From a virus (Duplodnaviria > Caudoviricetes), in the IMG/VR virus record IMGVR_UViG_3300017548_000184, positions 1-39,399 of that record: a DNA stretch of 39,399 nt; one strand, 5' to 3'. The translations under genes and the position numbers were made by a program. Of this stretch, positions 8,289 to 16,272 are shown piece after piece. The notes under the pieces were generated by a model that made no database searches, was not told where the DNA came from, and saw only the letters and a program-made list of their open reading frames with translations. Position 1 is the stretch's first letter, and each line of letters opens with the position of its first letter.

Positions 8289-9713
8289 CTACGCCCCGAT
8301 CCGCTCGACCATCAGCGTGAAGCGGGCCCCGGTCATGTCGGACGTTCCGCTGATGACGACGGTGACCGCATCGCCCGCAGCGCCCGTGTTCGCGCCCGAG
8401 GCGTTCGTGGTGGTCCGGCTGCTGCCGGGCGCGATGGTGGTCAGTCCGGTAACATCCACGTCCTCGATCTGCACCGCGGCGACACCGGCCGTGCGCGTGT
8501 TGCGGCGATGCACGCATGCGGTGATGCGGAACGGCCACGGCATGCTGTCTGCCACCACATAGGTGCCGTCCTCGGCCGTCACGTCAGCATCGAAGTACAG
8601 ACCGATGGCATGGACCTGCGGCCGGACCTCGAAGCCGTCATCGCTGTCGTTGCGTGCCAGCACGCTGTTGGGCTCGGCAGTAATCTCGGCCGGGATTTCG
8701 AGGAGAGCGCGAGCCGCGTCGATGTCGGCTGCCGCGGCGAGACTGGCACCGAACGCCGACGCGCCCACATCCTCCAGGTCAAGCGTGACCGCACCGGTGG
8801 CGCCGTTGACGCTATCGACGGCGCCCTCACCGGCCGGTGGGTCAATCCATGCGGTGTCCAGATCGTCGCCCGAGGCTTTCGCCAACACCTGGCCGGTGGT
8901 GCCTCCGGTCGGCACCGCGGCTGCGGCAGCCGCGAATGCGCTACTCGCCTGCGTCGCAGCGGTCCCGAGGCCAAGGTTCGTTCGTGCCGTCGCCGCGTCG
9001 CTGGCGCCGGTGCCGCCGTCCGCAATCGGCACATCGGTGCCGCCCGCGCGGTACAGGACGTTCCCAGCGACGGCCAGATTGCCAGACGACGGCCTTGTGA
9101 GCGTCGCGTCGCTCGCGTGGCCGATGTTGACCCCCGCAAACTGCGGGCTGTTCGCGGCCCCGAGCCCCACGGCCGTCCGCTGCGCGGCCGCATCGGCAGC
9201 GGTCAGAATGGCACGACCTGCCGAGGTGCTGTCGCTGATGGCCGTGGCAGGATGCGTGTGCACCGCCGCGGCAAAATCCTCCACGTCGGCCGCCGCGGCC
9301 GTACCGAGGCTGCTCGCGTCCACCTTGTCGGCAAGCGCGCTCTCGAGCGCGGCCACGTCCGATGCCGCCGCCGCCCCGATGGCACTCCGCGCTTCGGCAG
9401 TGTCGTCGCCGGCCGCGATGACTGTCGGCTTGTCGGTCAGATCGTCCCATGCGACCGATCCGCCCTCGCCCACCGGCGTCGCCCACTGGCCGTCGCCGCG
9501 CAGGAACGTGGTGCTGCTCGCGGATCCGCTACCCAGCCGGGCCGGATTGATCGTGCCGGACGTGATCGCGTCAGCATCGTGTTCGTGCTCCGCATCCGCG
9601 AACAGCGACGTCGGGAAGTTGACGTTCTCTCCGTCCTGAAGACCGGTGACCTTGCCGCCGTCCAGGACTGCGGCGTCGTCCAGCTCGCTGAGCTTGGTGA
9701 TCGTATCGGACAT
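8289..9713 (-). CDS. Fibre protein (mosaic of tail-fibre shaft motifs with a C-terminal beta-sandwich)
   Basis: Motifs ITSGTINPARLG, TFLRGDGQW, WDDLTDKP, GGTGASDAATARTNLGLG, GTTGQVLAK, VDSVNGATGAVTL. Confidence 0.75.
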   Translation of the reverse strand: MSDTITKLSELDDAAVLDGGKVTGLQDGENVNFPTSLFADAEHEHDADAITSGTINPARLGSGSASSTTFLRGDGQWATPVGEGGSVAWDDLTDKPTVIAAGDDTAEARSAIGAAAASDVAALESALADKVDASSLGTAAAADVEDFAAAVHTHPATAISDSTSAGRAILTAADAAAQRTAVGLGAANSPQFAGVNIGHASDATLTRPSSGNLAVAGNVLYRAGGTDVPIADGGTGASDAATARTNLGLGTAATQASSAFAAAAAAVPTGGTTGQVLAKASGDDLDTAWIDPPAGEGAVDSVNGATGAVTLDLEDVGASAFGASLAAAADIDAARALLEIPAEITAEPNSVLARNDSDDGFEVRPQVHAIGLYFDADVTAEDGTYVVADSMPWPFRITACVHRRNTRTAGVAAVQIEDVDVTGLTTIAPGSSRTTTNASGANTGAAGDAVTVVISGTSDMTGARFTLMVERIGA

Positions 9714-9716
9714 GCG

Positions 9717-9872
9717 TCAGTTCTCCAGAACCAGGACAGAGCCGTTCTCGAGGGCAAGCAGTCGGCCGTCCTCGAGCGCGACGACGCGCATTGGTGTGGG
9801 CGAACCCGAACCACCGGCGCCGGCCGTGCGCAGTTCGATCTGCACGTCAGCGATGCGTTGGAGTTGAGCCAT
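9717..9872 (-). CDS. 51-aa protein with a tail-sheath N-terminal mimic (not in the ORF track)
   Basis: MAQLQRIADVQIELRTAGAGGSGSPTPMRVVALEDGRLLALENGSVLVLEN*. Fills the gap between 9882 and 9713; 14/18 identity to the sheath N-terminus. Confidence 0.8.
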   Translation of the reverse strand: MAQLQRIADVQIELRTAGAGGSGSPTPMRVVALEDGRLLALENGSVLVLEN

Positions 9873-9881
9873 GGCGATGCC

Positions 9882-10307
9882 TCAGAGCGTCGCGGCCAGG
9901 CGGAACAGGTCGTCCACATCAGCGGACGACACATCGAGTTCGCTGGCGAACGACGCCACGAGCGGATCGTCGCGCCGGATTTCGACCGCCAGCGACCAAT
10001 CCTCCTGCGTGTCGGCCGGAGCTACGTTGAGCGCCGCGTCGAACGCGGCCTTGTGTTCCGTTTGCCGGAGCGCTCGCACGAGTTGCAGCTTGGTCACGCT
10101 CTCCGGTACCGGCGCGGCGGGCGCTGGCGGTGCGGCGAATGCTTCGCCGTCCCACAGATATCCCTGCTCGACCGTGACTCCGGTCGGCACGGGCACCAGA
10201 GCAGCGACGATATCGGGGTGGTAGAGGTCGGACACCGACGCCCCTCCGTCGGGGACGTCGATCAGCTCGGCCACGGCGGAGCCGATCAAGCGGGCATATA
10301 CGGTCAT
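9882..10307 (-). CDS. Tail fibre assembly/chaperone-like protein
   Basis: MTVYARLIGSAVAELI...HPD....LV.VP....VEQG..WDG..F..P; directly follows the tail fibre gene. Confidence 0.65.
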   Translation of the reverse strand: MTVYARLIGSAVAELIDVPDGGASVSDLYHPDIVAALVPVPTGVTVEQGYLWDGEAFAAPPAPAAPVPESVTKLQLVRALRQTEHKAAFDAALNVAPADTQEDWSLAVEIRRDDPLVASFASELDVSSADVDDLFRLAATL

Positions 10308-10308
10308 G

Positions 10309-11160
10309 TCAGTATTCCACGATCACGATGCCGGCCCCGCCGGCGATGCCTTGGGCGGAGGACGATCCATAGATCCCACCGCCGCCAGCGCCGTATGCGG
10401 CGGTCCCGCTTCCATCGCTCGAATGCCGCACCCCGCCACCGAGGATGGAGGCTCCGCCCATCCCCTGGTACGCCACCGTCGATGTGCTACCGTTGCTGCC
10501 GTAGCCGCCGCGCAGATTGATGTCGCCGCCGACGCCCTCACCGCCACCACCGCCACCGACGCCGCCACCCAACTGGTTGGCTCCCCCCCCACCGGTCGCG
10601 GAGCAGTACGCCCCAAAGCTAGTGGTCCCGCCGGCGCCAGCGGCGCTGCTGGTACCGCTTCCAGTGCCGCCCGTGCCGGCAGTGCCAACGGTGACGGGGA
10701 TGGTCGTACCGGGGACGAGACCATCGATCCATCTGATCGCAGCACCTCCCGCGCCACCGCAGCCTCCGGTGAAGGAGGACGTACCGCTCGCCTGTCCGCC
10801 ACCACCGCCACCAACCACGGTTACCTTGAGACGCGTGACGTGATCCGGGACGACGAAGGAGCCCGACGAGGTGAAGATTTCTGCGCGCGGCCCAGCGACG
10901 CCCTTGATTGCAGTGAGCAGATGATCGAGCTGTCCCGCATCCGGCGTAAGCCCGGCCGCCTCGATGACTGACGCCATCTGCGCGTAGAGCCACTTATCCT
11001 TGAGGTCCAGGAACTGAAACAGCGTGTCGAACTGTCCCGTGGTCGGCGGCGCGGAACCGAGGAACGACCAGCCGGCCGCCGCCTGTGGATCGGACGGCGG
11101 GTCCAACACGGCGCCCACGCCCCAGGGATCGCTGGTGAAGCGCTCGAAGAAGTTATCCAT
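10309..11160 (-). CDS. Short baseplate-attached tail fibre with glycine-rich C-terminal domain
   Basis: N-terminal GW......PP..QF..L and VIEAAGLTPD..QLDHLLTAI; FTSSGSFVVP..VT.LKVTVVGGGGGG...GIVIVEY domain. Confidence 0.75.
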   Translation of the reverse strand: MDNFFERFTSDPWGVGAVLDPPSDPQAAAGWSFLGSAPPTTGQFDTLFQFLDLKDKWLYAQMASVIEAAGLTPDAGQLDHLLTAIKGVAGPRAEIFTSSGSFVVPDHVTRLKVTVVGGGGGGQASGTSSFTGGCGGAGGAAIRWIDGLVPGTTIPVTVGTAGTGGTGSGTSSAAGAGGTTSFGAYCSATGGGGANQLGGGVGGGGGGEGVGGDINLRGGYGSNGSTSTVAYQGMGGASILGGGVRHSSDGSGTAAYGAGGGGIYGSSSAQGIAGGAGIVIVEY

Positions 11161-11175
11161 GCTCTCTCCTGGTGA

Positions 11176-11847
11176 TCAGACGGCGCGCGCGATGACGCCC
11201 GCGCCGAAGCCCTTTGGTCCGAAGCCCTGTCCGGCGAACCCGAACACGTCCGTCTCATCCATCATGCCGATCCAGAACTTCACGCCAGCGGCGCGCGGCT
11301 GGACCATCTGCCGCACGTGGTTTCGCAGCGGATCGGTGTCGGCGATGATGCGACCGATGAAGATGCGCGCGTTGGCGTTGCCGGCGTCCCGGATGATCAC
11401 GCGCGCGACGTCGAACGCGCCCTGCACGGCGGAGATGATCTCCTCGGCCGTCCCCTGCCCATTGTTCAGCGCGATCTTCACCGCGATCATCCGCCGGTAT
11501 TCGACGTCCGCCATCACGTAGGTGACCGCGTACGGCTCGCCCGGGCGGCGCATGCGCGCCTGGCCGAACCCGGTGGCAAGCGGCTGCCCGTCGAACCCGA
11601 AGAACGGCAGCGGCACGCCATCGGGAATCTCGCGCGTCAGCCCAACGATCGAGCCGATGCCGTCGAGCGCATCCCCCTCCGCGGTCTCCAGCCACCTCTG
11701 CGTCAGGAGATCGTGGAGCGCGGCGTCCAGCCGGGTGAGCGGCGGATAGAACGAGAGGACGAACGCCTCCGTGTCCGGCTTGCTGGCGTGCTGCGCCAGC
11801 CACCGTCGCCACGCGGCGGCGCCCTCATCGATCGGCTCGAAGTCCAT
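11176..11847 (-). CDS. Baseplate wedge protein (DUF2612 family)
   Basis: LETAEGDALDGIGSIVGLTR, FFGFDG, D.EYR..I..KI..N, PRAAGV motifs; follows baseplate J. Confidence 0.8.
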   Translation of the reverse strand: MDFEPIDEGAAAWRRWLAQHASKPDTEAFVLSFYPPLTRLDAALHDLLTQRWLETAEGDALDGIGSIVGLTREIPDGVPLPFFGFDGQPLATGFGQARMRRPGEPYAVTYVMADVEYRRMIAVKIALNNGQGTAEEIISAVQGAFDVARVIIRDAGNANARIFIGRIIADTDPLRNHVRQMVQPRAAGVKFWIGMMDETDVFGFAGQGFGPKGFGAGVIARAV

Positions 11848-11848
11848 G

Positions 11849-13309
11849 TCAGTCGAGCGTCACTTCGCAGCGCGAGGCATCGAACCGGGCGATCTGGCGC
11901 GGTCCGATGGAGACGTTCTCGTCGTCGTAGTCACCGCTGGCCGGCACCTCCTCCGGATCAGTCGTCGCCGCCACCGTGATCTGCAACACGCCGACGCCAG
12001 GAACCTGCTGGTAGATCGGCCCGTGGAAGCGCTGGATGATTACGTCCGTGCCGATCTCGAGCGCGTTGCCAGTCTCGACAATGATGCTCCGAACGCGCGC
12101 GAGGCCGTCTCCGGGGAACGTCTCCTCGTCGTAGGGGATCACCGTGCACTTCACCCAGCACCAGACCGATTCCGGGCGATTGAACCGGATGAGATGGTCG
12201 GAGCCCTGGCTGTCGGTGACCGTCACCTCGGTCGCGCCGAACGTGTCAATGCCGGCCGCCTTCAGGCGGAAAATGGCCGCCGCGATCGCGTTCGCGTCGC
12301 CGCCCTGCGCCACGACCTCGATGCTGTGCGGCGGCCGCCCATCCGCGTCGGTCACGTCCTCCGGGTTCTCGAACACCACAAGGCCGGAGATGGCGGGGAA
12401 CTGCTCGCGGAGGTTCGCGTAGATGGCCTCCACGGTCGCCGCACCGAGCCGATACACGCCCTGATCATAGCGCAGCCGCAGATCATCGTCGGTCTCCACC
12501 GCGCGGCCCTCATCGCCGGCTGCCGGGTTGTCCACGCTCGCCCAACCGGGCACCTGGGTGATGATCGACGTCAGGTCGTGCGCGGCGACGCCAATCGCGC
12601 CCTGGATGTCCGCCGTGAAGCGCCCAGGGCTGCCGAGGGTCGTGATCGCGAGCCCGGTGCCGACAGCGAGCGCGAACGGCTGCATGTCGTCGGCCTGGAT
12701 GCGGATCGTCGCGACGTCCGTCGTGATGCTGAGGCCGCTGGTCAGCAGCACGATGGCCAGACCGGCCGCGATTTCCTCTCCCGTCGGCGCGGCGTCGGAG
12801 GTGTAGCTGTACGCGATTCCGTTGATCGTGATCGTGTAGACCACCTCGGCGGTCACGGTCGCCACCTCGATCGTCACGTCCACGGCGCTCGCCGCGGTGA
12901 TGGTCACGTCCTGGTCAAGCCGGAAGTCCACCTGCGAGCCGGTGGCGCGGGCGACCGAAGTCGCCGCCACAACAGTCCCCTCCGCCCCGTAGAGGATGGC
13001 CGCGACCGAGGAGCGCTGCGCGAACAGCCGCCGCACGCCGGCAAAGCTCACGGCATAGTCGAGAGAGGTCCCCACCGCGCTGATGGGGTACATCGCGTGG
13101 TAGACGAGCTGCGCGAGGTTCCACAGCCGGGCCTCGCGCTCGGCGAACGTGTCCACGAACTGCGCGATGAAGCTGTCCGGCCGTGTCTCGAACGTGCGGC
13201 CGGTCCGGCGGCGCAGCTCGTCGTAAATCTCCTGCCGGATGTCCGGCATCCGCATCGCCGTGAATCCGTCGAGGTTCAAACCGTAGCTGTTGCTGACGCT
13301 GTCCGACAC
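11849..13309 (-). CDS. Baseplate J/gp47 family protein
   Basis: GTSLD, GWASVDNP..G..G...ETDDDLRLR, ENP...D.DGRPPHSIEVVAQGG, KAAGIDTFG motifs. Confidence 0.88.
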   Translation of the reverse strand: MSDSVSNSYGLNLDGFTAMRMPDIRQEIYDELRRRTGRTFETRPDSFIAQFVDTFAEREARLWNLAQLVYHAMYPISAVGTSLDYAVSFAGVRRLFAQRSSVAAILYGAEGTVVAATSVARATGSQVDFRLDQDVTITAASAVDVTIEVATVTAEVVYTITINGIAYSYTSDAAPTGEEIAAGLAIVLLTSGLSITTDVATIRIQADDMQPFALAVGTGLAITTLGSPGRFTADIQGAIGVAAHDLTSIITQVPGWASVDNPAAGDEGRAVETDDDLRLRYDQGVYRLGAATVEAIYANLREQFPAISGLVVFENPEDVTDADGRPPHSIEVVAQGGDANAIAAAIFRLKAAGIDTFGATEVTVTDSQGSDHLIRFNRPESVWCWVKCTVIPYDEETFPGDGLARVRSIIVETGNALEIGTDVIIQRFHGPIYQQVPGVGVLQITVAATTDPEEVPASGDYDDENVSIGPRQIARFDASRCEVTLD

Positions 13310-13310
13310 G

Positions 13311-13715
13311 CTACTGCGCCTCCCCGAGCAGGACCGTCTGCTCCACCGCCCCGAGGGCGGTCGATGCGGTAAAGGTCACCGCCAGCGTGCGGTTGCCCTT
13401 GTTGACCTCCATCGCGAATGCCTCGATGCGCTCCACGTCCGGCACAGCCATGATGCGCGCGCGGAGGATGTTTTCGATCGCCGACATGTTCGGCGCCTTG
13501 GTGAAGATGTCCGTGAGGTATGGAACGCCGAACGTCGTATCGAGGAACCACTCGCCGTAGAACGCGAGCAGCGTGATCTTGATCTGCTGTGCCACGCGAT
13601 CCGCCCCCTCGATCGGCAGCACGTCGAACCGCTGCACGCCGCCCGGACCGCCGTCGGCAATCGGGACGAACACCAGATCGTGCGTCACCCGCGAGAGCGC
13701 GATGTCATGTGCCAC
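13311..13715 (-). CDS. Baseplate wedge/sheath initiator (gp25/gp46-like)
   Basis: GTG at 13715; VAQQIKITLLAFYGEWFLDTTFGVPY motif. Confidence 0.8.
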   Translation of the reverse strand: MAHDIALSRVTHDLVFVPIADGGPGGVQRFDVLPIEGADRVAQQIKITLLAFYGEWFLDTTFGVPYLTDIFTKAPNMSAIENILRARIMAVPDVERIEAFAMEVNKGNRTLAVTFTASTALGAVEQTVLLGEAQ

Positions 13716-14421
13716 TGACGGGCCCTCCCGACTGACCGCTGCCCGGGTCCACGCCGCTGTGGCGATGCGTGGAGAGCGCGACGCTGTCCATGGCGACCAC
13801 CTCACCCTCGGCCACAATGCTCCCGAGGAAGTGCGCCGTGGCACCGCCGCCCTCGGTATCTCCGGCTTCGATGGGCGCGTTGATGCGCACCAGGATCGCA
13901 TTGAGCTCGATCACGCCGTTGGGCCGCAGCATGATCGACGAATTTTCGTTGGCGATGATCGCCGTGCCATCGGGCTGCAAGCGCACCTCGCCGACGCCGT
14001 GCCGCAGCACCACGTCGCTGCCGTCCCCGGCCACGCCGCCGGCATTGAGGCCGGGCGTCGCAATCGCGTCGGTCAGGTCGAACATCCTCGGGTCGTCCGG
14101 CGCGCCCGAACCTCCGGAAAGCCACGTCTCCAGGCTCCGCTGGGAGAAGTGCAGCAGCACGCCATCGCCGGCCTTGAGCGGGAATGTCAGTGCGGCCTGC
14201 CGGCCACCCACGTCCGCAGACGGCCAGACCACCGGCACGGACACGATCTGCGGGGCCGCAAGCACCGTGTCGTCCGCCAGCCGCTTGGGCAGCGCGGCGC
14301 GCACGACGGCACGGTTGCTGCCGGGATCGTAGGAGACGATCACGCCCGGCACGGCCGTGTTGACCTCGGCGAGCGCCGCCTCGACCATTCCCTGCATGGC
14401 CGTGAGCAGAGTGTCACTCAT
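13705..14421 (-). CDS. Baseplate central spike (Gp138/gpV-like)
   Basis: ATG at 14421 (ATGA overlap); OB-fold PG.IVSYD...VPV.WP...GD.VLL.F.QR, FDLTDA; C-terminal THRHSGV HxH metal site. Confidence 0.85.
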   Translation of the reverse strand: MSDTLLTAMQGMVEAALAEVNTAVPGVIVSYDPGSNRAVVRAALPKRLADDTVLAAPQIVSVPVVWPSADVGGRQAALTFPLKAGDGVLLHFSQRSLETWLSGGSGAPDDPRMFDLTDAIATPGLNAGGVAGDGSDVVLRHGVGEVRLQPDGTAIIANENSSIMLRPNGVIELNAILVRINAPIEAGDTEGGGATAHFLGSIVAEGEVVAMDSVALSTHRHSGVDPGSGQSGGPVSGT

Positions 14422-15329
14422 GACCGCGCGCTCCGCGTTTGCTCCAGCTTCTCGACCAGCTTCAACTCCGTGAACCACTCGCCCTCGTGGGTGTCCCCCA
14501 CGTGGCGAACCTCGCTCGCGCGAAATGTCCCCTCGACCGATCGCGAGCGTAGGATGACCGGATCGCCGGGCAGTATCGTGGGCTGAAGGAGCGTGCGGAC
14601 CTGCCATCCATCCTGTTGCCGCCGCGCGCTCTCGATGCGCCGGGTCCGGGCTGTGTCCTGGTCCCGCACCGTGGCAGCCTCCTGCCTGCCGTGACGCATC
14701 CGCTCCGGATGCCCGATCAGGCCGCTGTCGGCCTGCAGGACGATCGCCGTCCGCGTGGTCGTCCCGCCCGTCCGCACGACCTGCAACTCGCCGTTCTGGA
14801 TCGACCACCGCGTGCCGCTGCCGTGGGTGACCTTGTCGAGCGCCACGCGGGCCGGACCGTAGAAGCTGAACCCGTGCGCCCACGACCGGGGCTGCACATC
14901 GTCGGCCACGACCAGGGCCACGCCCATCCGCGACGCGATGTCCCGCAGGACCGTCGCCGACGACACACCGCCCGAGTATCCCAGGCTCACCACGGTATCG
15001 CGGATCTCAACCGCCCCGTCGCCCAACTCGCATTCGGTAATCACGTCCGGACCGTCGAAGGAGGTGAAGGCGAAGGAGACGGCCCCGTTGAAGATGACCA
15101 GCGGCCCGCGATCCTCCTCGTAGCCGGCATAGAGCAGGCAGCGTGTGTCGGGCTTCTGAAGCTGCTCGCGTGTGGTCTTGGCAAGGTTCCACACGCGCAC
15201 GTTGCTGCTGTTCGGGTTCTTGCTGATCGTCTTCTCGACCTCGAAGGCGATCCGCAGCTCGGTGATCTCGACGCCCTTGCCGCCCGCCTGGCCGAGCACG
15301 AGGCGCGCGACGCGCCCGAACAGCGCCAT
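14418..15329 (-). CDS. Baseplate hub protein (gp27/gpD-like)
   Basis: LRIAFEVEKT...PN...VRVWNL, LYAGYE, WSIQNGEL, SGLIGHP motifs; position before the spike. Confidence 0.8.
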   Translation of the reverse strand: MALFGRVARLVLGQAGGKGVEITELRIAFEVEKTISKNPNSSNVRVWNLAKTTREQLQKPDTRCLLYAGYEEDRGPLVIFNGAVSFAFTSFDGPDVITECELGDGAVEIRDTVVSLGYSGGVSSATVLRDIASRMGVALVVADDVQPRSWAHGFSFYGPARVALDKVTHGSGTRWSIQNGELQVVRTGGTTTRTAIVLQADSGLIGHPERMRHGRQEAATVRDQDTARTRRIESARRQQDGWQVRTLLQPTILPGDPVILRSRSVEGTFRASEVRHVGDTHEGEWFTELKLVEKLEQTRSARS

Positions 15330-15332
15330 GGG

Positions 15333-15689
15333 TCAGAGCTGCCCGTAGACGTCGAGCAACCCCTGCTCGCGCAACTCATCCTCGGTCACGTAGCAGAGCG
15401 CGGCTTCGCCATTGACGAAGCTGTCCCGCCGGATACCGCCGTCCAGGTACGTGTCCGTCAGGGCCATGAGATCGCCACGCGGCATGTATGGGTAGCGGAA
15501 CCGCCAGAACAGCGGCCAATTCGCCGACAGCGCGATGCCCGAAATCAGCGTGTTCCGCTCGGCATCCTGGAGGCCGATCACCCACAATTCGGCCTCGTCG
15601 TTCCAGTCAAGCGTCACGAAGAAGACCTGCCGGTCGAGCGAGACTTCGATCAGCTGGGAGTTCGCGTCGATCGTGGTGATGACCTGCAT
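15333..15689 (-). CDS. Baseplate plug-family protein
   Basis: 118 aa; WN...ELW..GL.D.....LISGI.L pattern; gene order. Confidence 0.65.
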   Translation of the reverse strand: MQVITTIDANSQLIEVSLDRQVFFVTLDWNDEAELWVIGLQDAERNTLISGIALSANWPLFWRFRYPYMPRGDLMALTDTYLDGGIRRDSFVNGEAALCYVTEDELREQGLLDVYGQL

Positions 15690-15692
15690 GGC

Positions 15693-16271
15693 TCAGTTTC
15701 GGATGCCCCGAAGAATTCCCCGCAGGATCGATCCCGACTGCGCGTCTTGTGCCGGCGTCGCAGGGTTCGACGCCGCCGACTGCCCCGCCCGCTGCGCGGT
15801 CGGCCCCGCCTTGCCTCTGGCATCCGCTGCCGTGCGTGGCACCTCGGCCTGCTTGAGCGCGACGCGCTGGATGCGGATCAACTCCGCATCGATGTCGATC
15901 CAGTTGCCGCCCTTCTCGCCCGACGAGCGCACCATGCGCAGGTGCGCGATGCCCATGTCCTCGTAGACGCGCAGACCGGTCACCACCGTGATCGGCTGGC
16001 GCTGCTCGTGCATGAATTCCAGGGCCTCGACCGCATCGATCAGGCGGCTTTTGGAGAGCAAGCCCAGCTCGAGCATCTCAGAGTGCGACACGCTGCCGCC
16101 GATGTGCAGCCGCGGCGCACCGCGGGCGATGTGGTCGGAAATCTCCGTGCCGTCCTCGACCGGGTACAGCGTGACGGTCCCCGGCAGTTCCAGCTCCTCG
16201 GTCACCAGAACGTCGAGTGTCAGCACGCCCAGAGTGGATCGCTGCGTGCCGAACAGCAGGGTGAACAGCAC
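15693..16271 (-). CDS. Dit-like baseplate/tube initiator protein
   Basis: GTG at 16271 just after the tape measure stop; LD..VTEE....VT.YPVEDG..ISDH and VVTGLRVYEDM motifs. Confidence 0.75.
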   Translation of the reverse strand: MLFTLLFGTQRSTLGVLTLDVLVTEELELPGTVTLYPVEDGTEISDHIARGAPRLHIGGSVSHSEMLELGLLSKSRLIDAVEALEFMHEQRQPITVVTGLRVYEDMGIAHLRMVRSSGEKGGNWIDIDAELIRIQRVALKQAEVPRTAADARGKAGPTAQRAGQSAASNPATPAQDAQSGSILRGILRGIRN

Positions 16272-16272
16272 G

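Noticed and set aside
8287-8538. N-terminal extension of the 1004-aa ORF as given in the track
   Set aside because: It overlaps the fibre gene's 3' end and reads as off-frame sequence. GTG at 8286, right after the fibre stop, is the more plausible start.
4824-11160. Diversity-generating retroelement or invertible tail-fibre switch
   Set aside because: No reverse transcriptase, invertase, or TR/VR-like or inverted repeat pair was seen in the window.
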